From contig NIVC01002613.1 of assembly GCA_002269645.1 (NCBI GenBank), positions 30,519-94,518 of the forward strand: 64,000 nucleotides of DNA, given 5' to 3'. Source of the DNA: Macrostomum lignano. Taxonomy: Eukaryota. The position numbers were made by a program, and so were the translations under genes. Below, piece after piece: positions 52,213-63,050 of this stretch (position 1 is its first letter; every line of letters starts with the position of its first letter). The notes below the pieces were generated by a model, which saw only the letters and a list, made by a program, of their open reading frames with translations, ran no database searches and was not told where the DNA came from.

Positions 52213-53049
52213 TTTATAAACTAAATAAATAAAATAACTTTTATCAAACACGTTGACATATACAGGGCTCTAAACTAAAAAACTGTAAAAAGTTGATAGT
52301 TTTGTTTTACCTAAAATGCGTTATTAACGATCTCCAAAAATTCCTATTTTAAGCTTAAGCTTAAGAAAAACACTTAAAGTACTCCTGCTAAAAGGTATAT
52401 TATATTAGACGAATATTAATTATTTCTGCTCCTCGAAGGGGGGCAAAACTTTAGCTAGTCCTATATACTAAAAATGAGTTGTCTGTGGGTAGGTAGGTAG
52501 GTATGCGATAGATTTCAGAAAAAATGGCTCAATCGATTTTCTTCAAACTTGCACCATTCGATCAGAAATTTTCCTGGGACGGTACATGCATCTTGGCTAA
52601 GAAATTGCTCAATTTTAAAGGGATTAAATATTCGAAAAACATGCTTTTTTGCAAAGGTCAAGCAGCTCTTTCGACCTGAAATGCATTGTAAGAATGCTAG
52701 AGAAAAAACTGACTGACTGAATTCCAATTGTGATAAAGATTACATCACAACCAGTTGAAAACAGTGCCGAACAAATGCACACAAAACTTGATTTAAATTG
52801 TGTAACAATATTGCTAACTTAAATTGACACTGATACTGGCTGACTGATAAAATTGATTATGTCATAACTTTTTACTCTAACCGATTTGCTATAAAAATTA
52901 AATTATAAGGGCCACAATTCAAGACAAGAGATAGCATAGATGCGAACAGACTGGACTGCTAATGCTACGACCTGGGTTCGAATCTTAGTAGTGCAAAAAG
53001 ATTTTTTTATTCAAAAATCTTAAAAACACAAAATGCTAAACACAAAAAA

Positions 53050-55950
53050 GCACAATGTCAAACATTAAAGAGCCACCATGTCAAACATTAAAGAGCCACC
53101 ATGTCGACCATTAAAGAGCCACCATGTCGACCATTAAAGAGCCACCATGTCGAACATTAAAGAGCTACCATGTCGAACATTAAAGAGCCACCATGTCAAC
53201 CATTAAAGAGCCACCATGTCGAACATTAAAGAGCCACCACGTCCAACATATACATGACTCCATGTTGAACATTCAAGAGCTACCATGTCAAACATATACA
53301 TGACGCCATGTCGAACATAAAAGAGCCACCATGTCGAACATTAAAAAGCCACCATGTCAAACATTAAAGAGCCACCATTTCAACCCTAAAAGAGCCACCA
53401 TGTCGAACATTAAAGAGCCACCATGTCAAACATTAAAGAGCAACCAGGTCAAACATATACATGACTCCATGTCGAACATTGAAGAGCCACCATGTCGAAC
53501 ATTAAAGGGCCACCATGTCAAATATTAAAGGGCCACCATGTCAAATATTAAAGAGCCACCATGTCAAACATTAAAGAGCCACCAGGTCAAACATGAAAGT
53601 GCCACCATGTCTAACATTAAAGAGCCACCATGGCAGACATATACATGACTCTATGTCGAACATTCAAGAGCTACCATGTCAAACATATACATGACTCCAT
53701 GTCAAACATTAAAGAGACACTATGTCAAACATTAAAGAGCCACCAGGTCAAACATGAAAGTGCCACCATGTAACACATTAAAGAGCCACCATGTCGAACA
53801 TTTAAGAACCACCATGTCAAACATAAAATAGCCACCATGTGAAACATATACGTGACTTCATGTAAAACATTAAAGAGCTACCATATCAGACATATACATG
53901 ACTCCATGTCAAACATATACTCGTACGTGACTCCATGTTAGACATTAAAGAGCCACCATGTCGAACATTAAAGAGCCAACATGTTAAAAATACAAGAGCC
54001 ACCATGTCAAACATATACATGACTCCATGTCAAACATTGAAGAGACACCATGTCGAACATAAAAGAGCCACCATGCAAAACATTAAAGAGACACTATGTC
54101 TAACATTAAAGAGCCACCATGTCGAACATTTAAGAGCCACCATGTCAAACATATACATGACTCCATGTTGAACATTCAAGAGCTACCATGTCAAACATAT
54201 GCATGACTCCATGTTGAACATTCAAGAGCTACCATGTCAAACATATACATGACGCCATGTCGAACATAAAAGAGCCACCATGTAAAACATATACGTGACT
54301 CCATGTCAAACATTGAAGAGCCACCATGTCGAACATAAAAGGGCCACCATGTCAAATATTAAAGAGCCACCATGTCAAACATTAAAGAGCCACCAGGTCA
54401 AACATGAAAGTGCCACCATGTAAAACATTAAAGAGCCACCATGTCGAACATTTAAGAACCACCATGTCAAACATAAAATACCCAACATGTGAAACATATA
54501 CGTGACTCCATGTAAAACATTAAAGAGCTACCATATCAGGCATATGCATGACTCCATGTCAAACATATACGTGACTCCATGTTAGACAATTAAGAGCCAC
54601 CATTTCGAAAATTAAAGAGTCAACATGTTAAAAATACAAGAGCATCCATGTCAAACATATACATGACGCCATGTCAAACATTGAAGAGACACCATGTCGA
54701 ACATAAAAGAGCCACCATGCAAAACATAAAAGAGCCACCATGTCTAACATTAAAGAACCACCATGTCAAACATATACATGACTCCATGTCAAACAGTAAA
54801 GAGACACTATGTCAAACATTAAAGAGCCACCATGTCGAACATTTAAGAGCCACCATGTCAAACATATACATGACTCCATGTTGAACATTCAAGAGCTACC
54901 ATGTCAAACATATACATGACGCCATGTCGAACATTAAAGAGCCACCATGTCAAACATTATAGAGCCACTATGTCGAACATTTAAGAGCCACCATGTCAAA
55001 CATATACATGACTCCATGTTGAACATTAAAGAGCCACCATGTCGAACATTTAAGAGCTACCATGTGAAACATATACATGACTCCATGTCGAACATTACAG
55101 AGCCACCATGTCAAAGATAAAAGAGCCACCATGTCAAACATAAAAGAGCCAACATGTCAAATATTAAAGAGCCACCAGGTCAAACATGAAAGTGCCACCA
55201 TGTAAAACATTAAAGAGCCACCATGTCAAACATATACGTAACTCCATGTCAAACATTGAAGAGACCCCATGTCAAACATTAAAGAGCCACCATGTCGAAC
55301 ATAAAAGAGTCACCATGTAAAACATATACGTAACTCCATGTCGAACATTGAAGCGACACCATGTCGAACATAAAAGAGCCACCATGTCAAACATTAAAGA
55401 GCCACCATGTCAAACATATAAGTGACTTTATGTCGAACATTAAAGAGCCACCATGTCTAACATTAAAGGCCACCATGTCCAACATTAAAGAGCCACCATG
55501 TCAAAAAGTAAAGAGCCCCCATGTCTAACATTTAAGAGCCATCATGTCAAACATTAAAGAGCTACTTTGTCTAACATTAAAGAGCCACCATGTCAAACAT
55601 TAAAGAGCCACCATGTCAAACATTAAAGAGCCACCATGTCAAACATAAAAGAGCCAACTTTTTGAACATTAAAGAGCCACCATGTCAAACATAATAGAGC
55701 CACCATGTCAAACATAATAGAGCCACCATGTCAAACATTAAAAAGCCACTTTGTCAAACATAGAAGAGCTCCCATGTCAAACATAGAAGAGCCCCATGTC
55801 AAACATAGAAGAGCCACCATGTCAGACATTGAAAAGCCACCGTATCAAACATAAAAGAGTTACCATGTACGAGCGTAGAACAAAAAAGAGCCACAATGTA
55901 TAACATAAAAGAGCCACAATGTATAACATAAAAGAGCCACCCTGTTAAAC
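53050..55950. repeat. 21-bp satellite in copy D
   Basis: Same monomer family, with an atatacatgactccatg variant. Confidence 0.95.
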
Positions 55951-56047
55951 ATAAAAGATACACAATTTCAAACGTAAAAGTAAGCGAATTTTAAAGGAGC
56001 CGCTATAATGCTAAGGAAATTGTCGCACTAGCTACTTATTGTCTGGT

Positions 56048-56450
56048 GGATGCTTGCTATCTTGGGGATGCTTGCTATCTGGGGGATGCTTGCTATCTGG
56101 GGGATGCTTGCTATCTGGGGGATGCTTGCTATCTGAGGGATGCTTGCTATCTGGGGGATGCTTGCTATCTGGGGGATGCTTGCTATCTGAGGGATGCTTG
56201 CTATCTGGGGGATGCTTGCTCTCTGGGGAATGCTTGCTATCCGGGGGATGCTTGCTATCTGGGGGATGCTTGAAATCTGGGGGATGCTTGCTATCTGAGG
56301 GATGCTTGCTATCTGGGGGATGCTTGCTATCTGGGGGACGCTTGCTATCTGGGGATGCTTGCTATCTTGGGGATGCTTGCTATCTGGGGATGCTTGCTAT
56401 CTTGGGGATGCTTGCTATCTGGGGGATGCTTGCTATCTGGGGGATGCTTG
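56048..56450. repeat. 18-bp repeat (gatgcttgctatctgggg) in copy D
   Basis: About 22 copies. Confidence 0.95.
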
Positions 56451-56710
56451 CGGTCTTGGGATGATTTCTTTTTGCAATGCACTTCATTTGAGCAGTTTGT
56501 CTGTTGTCTTTTTGAAGGATTTTTGGCTGTTTTTTTGTTACTTGTAGAGAACAGAGATTCTATCCAGATGTCCCCCATCGGGGGGCGAAGATTGCTAGTA
56601 GAATCTGAGATCACATCTTCTTGCACTTTAATATTTTTGCTTCAAAATTCGGCTTTCCAAGCCACCGAACGGCTGAAACCTTCAGGCATCACTGTTTCAT
56701 CAGCGACAGC

Positions 56711-56953
56711 ATGGACAAGTCAAACAACGACAATAAGTCCAACCAGTGCAACCCCAACAATGAGCGCTATCAGGGCCACCAGCCCGGCTACCAGGGCACC
56801 GGCACCAAGGCGGATCTGGATAACCATGCCAACCAGCTGAACCCCAACAACTGGCGCTACCAGCAGGGCGGAGGCCCCAGTGGCGGTGGAGGCGGCAGCG
56901 GCAGCGGTGCCGCTGAGCAAGAGCAGCAGAAGTCTTGGTGCACCTTGCAGTGA
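56711..56953 (+). CDS. NPNN-repeat micropeptide 1 (80 aa), C-terminal CaaX (CTLQ)
   Basis: MDKSNNDNKSNQCNPNNERYQGHQPGYQGTGTKADLDNHANQLNPNNWRYQQGGG...KSWCTLQ. It has strong GC3 bias and two paralogues within 4.3 kb. Confidence 0.8.
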   Translation: MDKSNNDNKSNQCNPNNERYQGHQPGYQGTGTKADLDNHANQLNPNNWRYQQGGGPSGGGGGSGSGAAEQEQQKSWCTLQ

Positions 56954-57706
56954 AGTCGGTGACAAAGACTGCCCCAGCCAGCATGCAGAAGATTGCCAAA
57001 AGATTAACAAAGACAGCAGTCTGTGTTGGTTTCACATTTGACTATTTAAAATACAAGATTAGCAAGTTGGATCTTAAAAATTTTTCTCATGTTCAAACTC
57101 GAAGGTCGCTTTGAAAATGCAGCATGAACTCGGCTTCTCCCTGCATGTCTTTTGTGTATTTTTGTTTGTCGAATTTTTTCAACTCAGTTTGGCCTAAGAT
57201 GAAACTCATCCTAAGCACCCCAGTGCGCTCTTGTGCCTCTCCTGAGCAGGCAGCTGCAAGGTACCGTTAGACCGGCGCGGTGCGCGCTTAAACCAATGCG
57301 CTCCTATGATAGCGCGCGATTCGGAGTTGGCGTCCAATCCAAGTCGCGCGAGAATTTCTGTCAGAACTCCAAGGACTACTTAAAAGTATCGATTATTTTT
57401 CAGACAGTAGTCCCCGCCACGCCCTTGCCAGCGCAAGCGCTCTCAGTCCAGTCCTGATTCTAATCTCTGCAATAAACAGACTTGAAGTTCGGGTGGAGCC
57501 AGGGTAAAGTTGTTGCTCAAACTAAATGTACTTTTTGATTGAATTTCCTGGAAATGAGTTCTCAAGTTTCCAAGAAATTTCTGTCAGGCAGGCAGGTATT
57601 TCGAAAGCAAAAACACCGTGTTTTTCTTCTCTCACGTGCTCCGCACCTGGGGTGTACTTTTAAGCCAGAGTTTCTGACTCCTTCCACCGTCACGCACATT
57701 TCAGGC

Positions 57707-57714
57707 TATAAATA
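57707..57714 (+). promoter_or_regulatory. TATA box (TATAAATA) for micropeptide 2; inferred non-coding exon ending at donor gtgagt 57748
   Basis: TATA lies ~40 nt upstream of a canonical donor. An acceptor cccccag is at 58378, 10 nt before the ATG. Confidence 0.5.
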
Positions 57715-57844
57715 GTAAATACAAATCCCGAGGAGCCGCTCAGACCCGTGAGTTTCTTCATCGAGTTCCAAAGCTTCGAGAAGAATTTTTTGCTTTTCTA
57801 AGAATTCTCAGCTTTTGAAAAAAACGGTAAGTTTTTTTACAAGA

Positions 57845-58280
57845 ACGGCACCATTCTCTCTGTGTGGCGCCATTCTCTCTGTGTGGCGCCATTCTCTCTG
57901 TGTGGCGCCATTCTCTGTGTGGCGCCATTCTCTCTGTGTGGCGCCATTCTCTCTGTGTGGCGCCATTCTCTCTGTGTGGCGCCATTCTCTCTGTGTGGCG
58001 CCATTCTCTCTGTGTGGCGCCATTCTCTCTGTGTGGCGCCATTCTCTCTGTGTGGCGCCATTCTCTCTGTGTGGCGCCATTCTCTCTGTGTGGCGCCATT
58101 CTCTCTGTGTGGCGCCATTCTCTCTGTGTGGCGCCATTCTCTCTGTGTGGCGCCATTCTCTCTGTGTGGCGCCATTCTCTCTGTGTGGCGCCATTCTCTC
58201 TGTGGCGCCATTCTCTCTGTGTGGCGCCATTCTCTCTGTGTGGCGCCATTCTTCCTGTATGGCGCCATTCTCTCTGTGGC
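57845..58280. repeat. 19-bp minisatellite (gtggcgccattctctctgt) in the inferred 5'UTR intron of micropeptide 2
   Basis: About 22 tandem copies. Confidence 0.95.
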
Positions 58281-58388
58281 ACAATTTCAGTTCCCTACGA
58301 GTATAGCTCAGACTTGAGCTCTTACTAAAGCCATGGATTGACTTAGGACTGCATCCGCACCTCACCGCGCACCCCCAGAGCAGCGGCC

Positions 58389-58589
58389 ATGGACAAATCC
58401 GGCAGGGACAACAAGTCCAACCAGTGCAACCCCAACAACTCCAGCTACCAGGGCCACCAGAGCGGCTATGGCGGCACCGGGACCAAGGCCGACCTGAGTA
58501 ACCATGGCAACCAGCTGAACCCCAACAACTCGCGCTACCAGGGCGGAGGCGGCGGCCAGGGCCGGTCGGGGGGACATTCGAAGAAATGA
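58389..58589 (+). CDS. NPNN-repeat micropeptide 2 (66 aa)
   Basis: MDKSGRDNKSNQCNPNNSSYQGHQSGYGGTGTKADLSNHGNQLNPNNSRYQGGGGGQGRSGGHSKK. Clear paralogue of peptide 1 with many synonymous differences. Confidence 0.8.
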   Translation: MDKSGRDNKSNQCNPNNSSYQGHQSGYGGTGTKADLSNHGNQLNPNNSRYQGGGGGQGRSGGHSKK

Positions 58590-59449
58590 GCGGTTTTGAG
58601 AGGCGAAAGTCACGGAGCAGAGCTGACAGTTACAGAAATACTGATTGAGCTCTCGTAGAATAACCTGATGCCTCTGTGGCTGTTTACCATCAACTTTGTA
58701 CTTTTGAGGACGCATGATTTGAGCAATAATTACAAAAAATATAATCACAAGATTTTTTTGCGAATCAGCTACTTTTAGTAGTGCAATAATAACACAGCAT
58801 TAAATTGAGCATCTTTTCAGTTTTTGTTAAAATTGAGTTCCACTGCGGACAAGCTTCAAGCCCTGCCACTGTGCCCCGGTGTCACGTCTTAAAAAAATTC
58901 TGCGTTGTTTTATTCAGCTGAATAAAAATACTTTTCAGTATCCAAACTCATTCGGTTATCTTGAATTCTCTCACTGAGCAGAAACTATCTTATGCTTATG
59001 CTTATCTTATCTTATCTTATCTTATCTTAAATATTCCGACAACATTGCAAGTAGACAATAAATTATTACTACAAGGTACATTTCAACAAAAAGACAACAA
59101 CAATCCAGAACTGAATGATTTGTACTCGTACACAAAATTAAATAATGCACATTATAATATTGTAAGACTTGATGTGAAAAATAAATTAACCGCAGATAGC
59201 TAGTCTAGCTTGTCCTTGAGATAAATCCGGCACGTTTTAAAGATACGCAAAGAAATGTTGAGCATATGTTGAATTATCAAACTTCTTTGTCGTTTAAGTC
59301 CTACTTTCTAGATCTTCCATTAATTTTACATTTGCTCTAAATCACAAAGTTTCTAGTGAGTCAAGTGAAACACCTTTTTCAGTCTCTAGTTCACACCAAG
59401 TACTTTAGATGACGCCAATTAGAAAATTTACTCTTAAAATATTAGAAAT

Positions 59450-59980
59450 TCTTGAAATCACCTGCCTGGTGGCCATTGATCGCTGTACACTTCCCTCTCG
59501 AGTCCGTACAGGTTGTTGCTTAGGACGACACGTTCGACCGTGTATACCTTGGTACACCACGGTGTCTTCAGTTCGCCGCGTTTCAGATCGTCACGGACAA
59601 AGTTCCGCAGCAGGACCTTGTCACCGACTCTAAGGCTGAGGCTGCTGGCAGACGCGGACTTCTGAACGTACGAGCGTGCACAAATTTTGTCCTGCCGTCC
59701 CAGTGAAATCGCTCCTGCAGCTTCGATGGGGTGGACTTAATCCCCTGATGAGCTCCTCCAGTCGCAGAGGTGTGATCTTCTTAGATCAGTTGACAGATCT
59801 CTTTGATCTTCCACCTCCAGGCGACGCTCCGTTGACCGATGGCGCTTCTTCTGACATCACAGAACAGCTGCTGGCCCTCGTACCTGAAGTTGCGCTCCGT
59901 TTGTCGAACCTTGCTGTTGAAGTTGTTCTTCTCCTTGGTTGTTGTCAAAGACGCAAGGATGTCGTTCGTATGCGCCACTA
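59450..59980 (-). mobile_element. Ty3/Gypsy integrase relic (H2C2 zinc-binding part and C-terminal GPY/F-like module; core deleted)
   Basis: The minus strand reads KEICQLI*EDHTSATGGAHQGIKSTPSKLQERFHWDG and, in another frame, LRVGDKVLLRNFVRDDLKRGELKTPWYQG. An in-frame stop and a frameshift are present. Confidence 0.65.
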
Positions 59981-60822
59981 AGCAAGTAAAGTTTTAAATC
60001 CGAATACGCGGCAGACAAACTTTATTGTACATTAATTGTAAGTTTAATGTACAATACGTACATATACTGTCTAGATTTAGATGTACCGAAAGTCAGAGAA
60101 CTTTGAAATTTTGTTAACAGACTTGCGGACAAGAATGCGCGGCTATAAAAGATTCGGCAGTATTCATTTAGGTGATATCAGATCACGGCTTAAACTGTGA
60201 TTATTGACAGGTCTTTAATCTCGTAAACCCCAGAGAGAAATCAGCCTAGCGCTTGGCATGACTTCTGGCCCCAAATAAAATAACGCATCCAAAGTTAGGA
60301 TAATGGTTGCCATGACACCGGTCCTCAGCCCTGTCACAATTTGCTCTTGCCTAAACTAAAGTAAATTTGCAACAAGCCGCTGTGGTAAACAGAAGGGTTG
60401 CCTATACCTCATGAATGCAGGTGCAGAGCAGACATTGTGCAATGCAGTAAACAAGGCTGCTCTTGCCAACTCAAATTCAATTGACCGGCTTAACCGAAAT
60501 TGCACGGCACACACCCTCCTGGACTGCAGTAGTAAACAGGCAAGCTGTGTAAACATTTCTAGGAAATAGGCAGATTTCCAAGAAATAAACCGAGAGTCTG
60601 GGTTCATCAGAGTACAAAAGCGCCAATGCTATTGCAGGTTGTTGTTCTCAGATTCTATTTTTAGCAATGACTGAGAGGGCGTATTTAAGAGGCCAAGCCA
60701 GAGCGCCGCTTCCTCCCCGCTGTCACCGACTGCCGCCAGAGCTGAGCTAACGCGAGTCCTCAGAGTGATCAAACGCATTACACACAGACTAGTAAATCCA
60801 GCTACTAATCCAGATTAGCAAC

Positions 60823-61025
60823 ATGTCTGACAAAGCTGCCAGCGACAACAAGTCCAACCAGTGCAACCCCAACAATGAGCGCTACGCGGGCCACCAGCCG
60901 GCTACCAGGGCACCGGCACCAAGGCGGACCTGGATAACCACGCCACCCAGCTGAACCCTAACAACGAGCGCTACCAGGCTCCTGGCGGACAGCAGGAGCC
61001 GCAGCAGCAGCCGCCACCAAAGTGA
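60823..61025 (+). pseudogene. NPNN-repeat micropeptide 3 (67 aa if repaired); 1-bp deletion at 60898-60899
   Basis: MSDKAASDNKSNQCNPNNERYAGHQP/GYQGTGTKADLDNHATQLNPNNERYQAPGGQQEPQQQPPPK. It has cagccggc where copy 1 has cagcccggc. TATTTAA is at 60682. This may be an intact gene with a sequencing error. Confidence 0.7.
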
Positions 61026-61807
61026 AGCTGATCGGATGCCGAGGCATGCACGTTGAAAACTCGGAAACTATTTTAGTGAATCTGAATATTTTATTTAAAA
61101 ACACTGTCTTACTTTAAATGCATTAAGCATGCTATTTTGTGTTTTTAAATATACCCATTATATTTAACCACTGAGGTAAAGATTTCTGTCAGCTTTATCC
61201 AAATAAACTGACAAAAAATCGTACCAATTCCTATTTCCTCTAATGTTTTTTGTGTTTAGTTGCGCCCCAATTGGGCCGTTTTACTTTTTCTGTTGTGGGC
61301 ACGACCTATTCTGAGCGTCAGAGGCCCAGTTTATTACTTTAATCTGCCTTCGCCTTGATTTATCACCTTTCTCTCTCACCGCCGACTTTTACGACCCCCT
61401 GTTTCTAAATTTAGCTTTAAGTGCCAGTCACTTCCGTCTTTGTTATTTGTTTTACTAAGCAATTGGACAATGTCGCCCTCGTCTGTCTATCTATTTATTT
61501 ATCTTATCTGTTTATCTATGTATCTACTCGTATCTATCTATCGAAAAAATATCTAAAAGAGCCAAATATCTTGCTATTATCTAAACGCACAACTACGAGT
61601 ACTTATAGTAGTGACTTTTAGCAAGAAGAAATGATTAGTGCCTTTTAAAAGGGAGATTTAAAAAGCCCTAGTGTAATTAACACGGAACCAACAGTAATTA
61701 AAGCCATGCAAAAACCTCAAGTTGAGACTCATTACCCACTAATTGCTGTTATTAATGAGAGCTGAACAACGTGAGAAAACAAGGAGTGATTTTAAGTAGC
61801 TGAGGCA

Positions 61808-62415
61808 GCGCAGCTCCGTCAAAGGGCAGCGCAGCTCCGTCAAAGGGTAGCAGAGCTCCATCAAAGGTTAGCACAGCTCCATCAAAGGGTAGCAGAGCTC
61901 CATCAAAGGGTAGCAGAGCTCCATCAAAGGGTAGCAGAGCGCTCCATCAAAGGGTAGCACAGCTCCATCAAAGGGTAGCAGAGCTCCATCAAAGGGTAGC
62001 AGAGCTCCATCAAAGGGTAGCAGAGCTCCATCAAAGGTTAGCACAGCTCCATCAAAGGGTAGCAGAGCTCCATCAAAGGGTAGCACAGCTCCATCAAAGG
62101 GTAGCAGAGCTCCATCAAAGGGTAGCACAGCTCCATCAAAGGGTAGCACAGCTCCATCAAAGGGTAGCAGAGCTCCATCAAAGGTAGCAGAGCTCCATCA
62201 AAGGGTAGCACAGCTCCATCAAAGGTAGCACAGCTGCATCAAAGGGTAGCACAGCTCCATCAAAGGGTAGCAGAGCTCGCATCAAAGGGTAGCAGAGCTC
62301 CATCAAAGGGTAGCACAGCTCCATCAAAGGGTAGCACAGCTCCATCAAAGGGTAGCAGAGCTCCATCAAAGGGTAGCACAGCTGCATCAAAGGGTAGCAC
62401 AGCTGCATCAAAGGG
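61808..62415. repeat. 21-bp minisatellite (cagagctccatcaaagggtag)
   Basis: About 28 tandem copies. Confidence 0.95.
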
Positions 62416-63050
62416 TTATGCTACTTACTATAAGTAGTACAGCTAGCAAAATGAACGGAACGCCAACACAGCTGCCTGCGCAGTTGAGTTATCGATGTAT
62501 TAGAAACACAATTAGCGTAACAGTAATTGTAATAATAGGTAATAATTGTTATGCTGTGTATTCGGTGGGCTGCTGAATTTGCAGAACAGATGATGCGGAT
62601 TGTTGGGGGGCTCAGGCAAAGCATTTCAACACCTATTTCGGCAGACAGACACTGGGGGAGGCTGGAGAAAGTGGAAACTGCAGCAAGTGGGAGCCGCCGC
62701 GCACAAGAAATTCACAACAACACGAGAACGAAGAGAAGTAGCGGCTTGGGGAAACGCACAGGTGGCCACAATAAATGGATATAAAAATACGCGGGGCTCC
62801 GAGCCGCCAATTGAATTGCATTCGCTGCTACCGGGGGGAGGGGGACGCGGTGGCCTGAACGCGAAAGAGTTAAAGTTAATAGCAATACAATAGCATCCCG
62901 ACAGTCTGGCCGCATTGTGACAGTGCAGGGACAGACAATAAATAACTGGGTTCACGGAGAGGACTAAAGACACGAGGGGACAACAGAGGCCTGGCAAATG
63001 CACCGCTGCGAACACTGGAGGGGGGGGGTTCCGCATCACGAAGCAGCCGC

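Larger units (their letters stand above)
46526..52458 (+). mobile_element. Helitron-like copy B (5'-truncated; 46526-46700 + 50130-52458), interrupted by copy C
   Basis: The core resumes at 50130 exactly where it broke at 46700 (compare intact aagcagctctttcgacc in copy D). It ends in a GC hairpin followed by CTAG (52455-52458). Confidence 0.75.
52459..56598 (+). mobile_element. Helitron-like copy D, full-length, head-to-tail after B
   Basis: Junction CTAG|TCCTATATACTAAAAATG. 3' gtcccccatcggggggc hairpin, then CTAG (56595-56598) followed by T. Confidence 0.82.

Noticed and set aside
44400-55950. Perfect Kozak GCCACCATG in each satellite monomer and the MSNIKEPPC ORFs
   Set aside because: Frames are short and broken by monomer indels; most likely coincidence of the monomer sequence.
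60306-60318. X-box upstream of micropeptide 3 (GTTGCCATGACAC)
   Set aside because: The second half-site is a poor match and it is ~500 bp from the gene.
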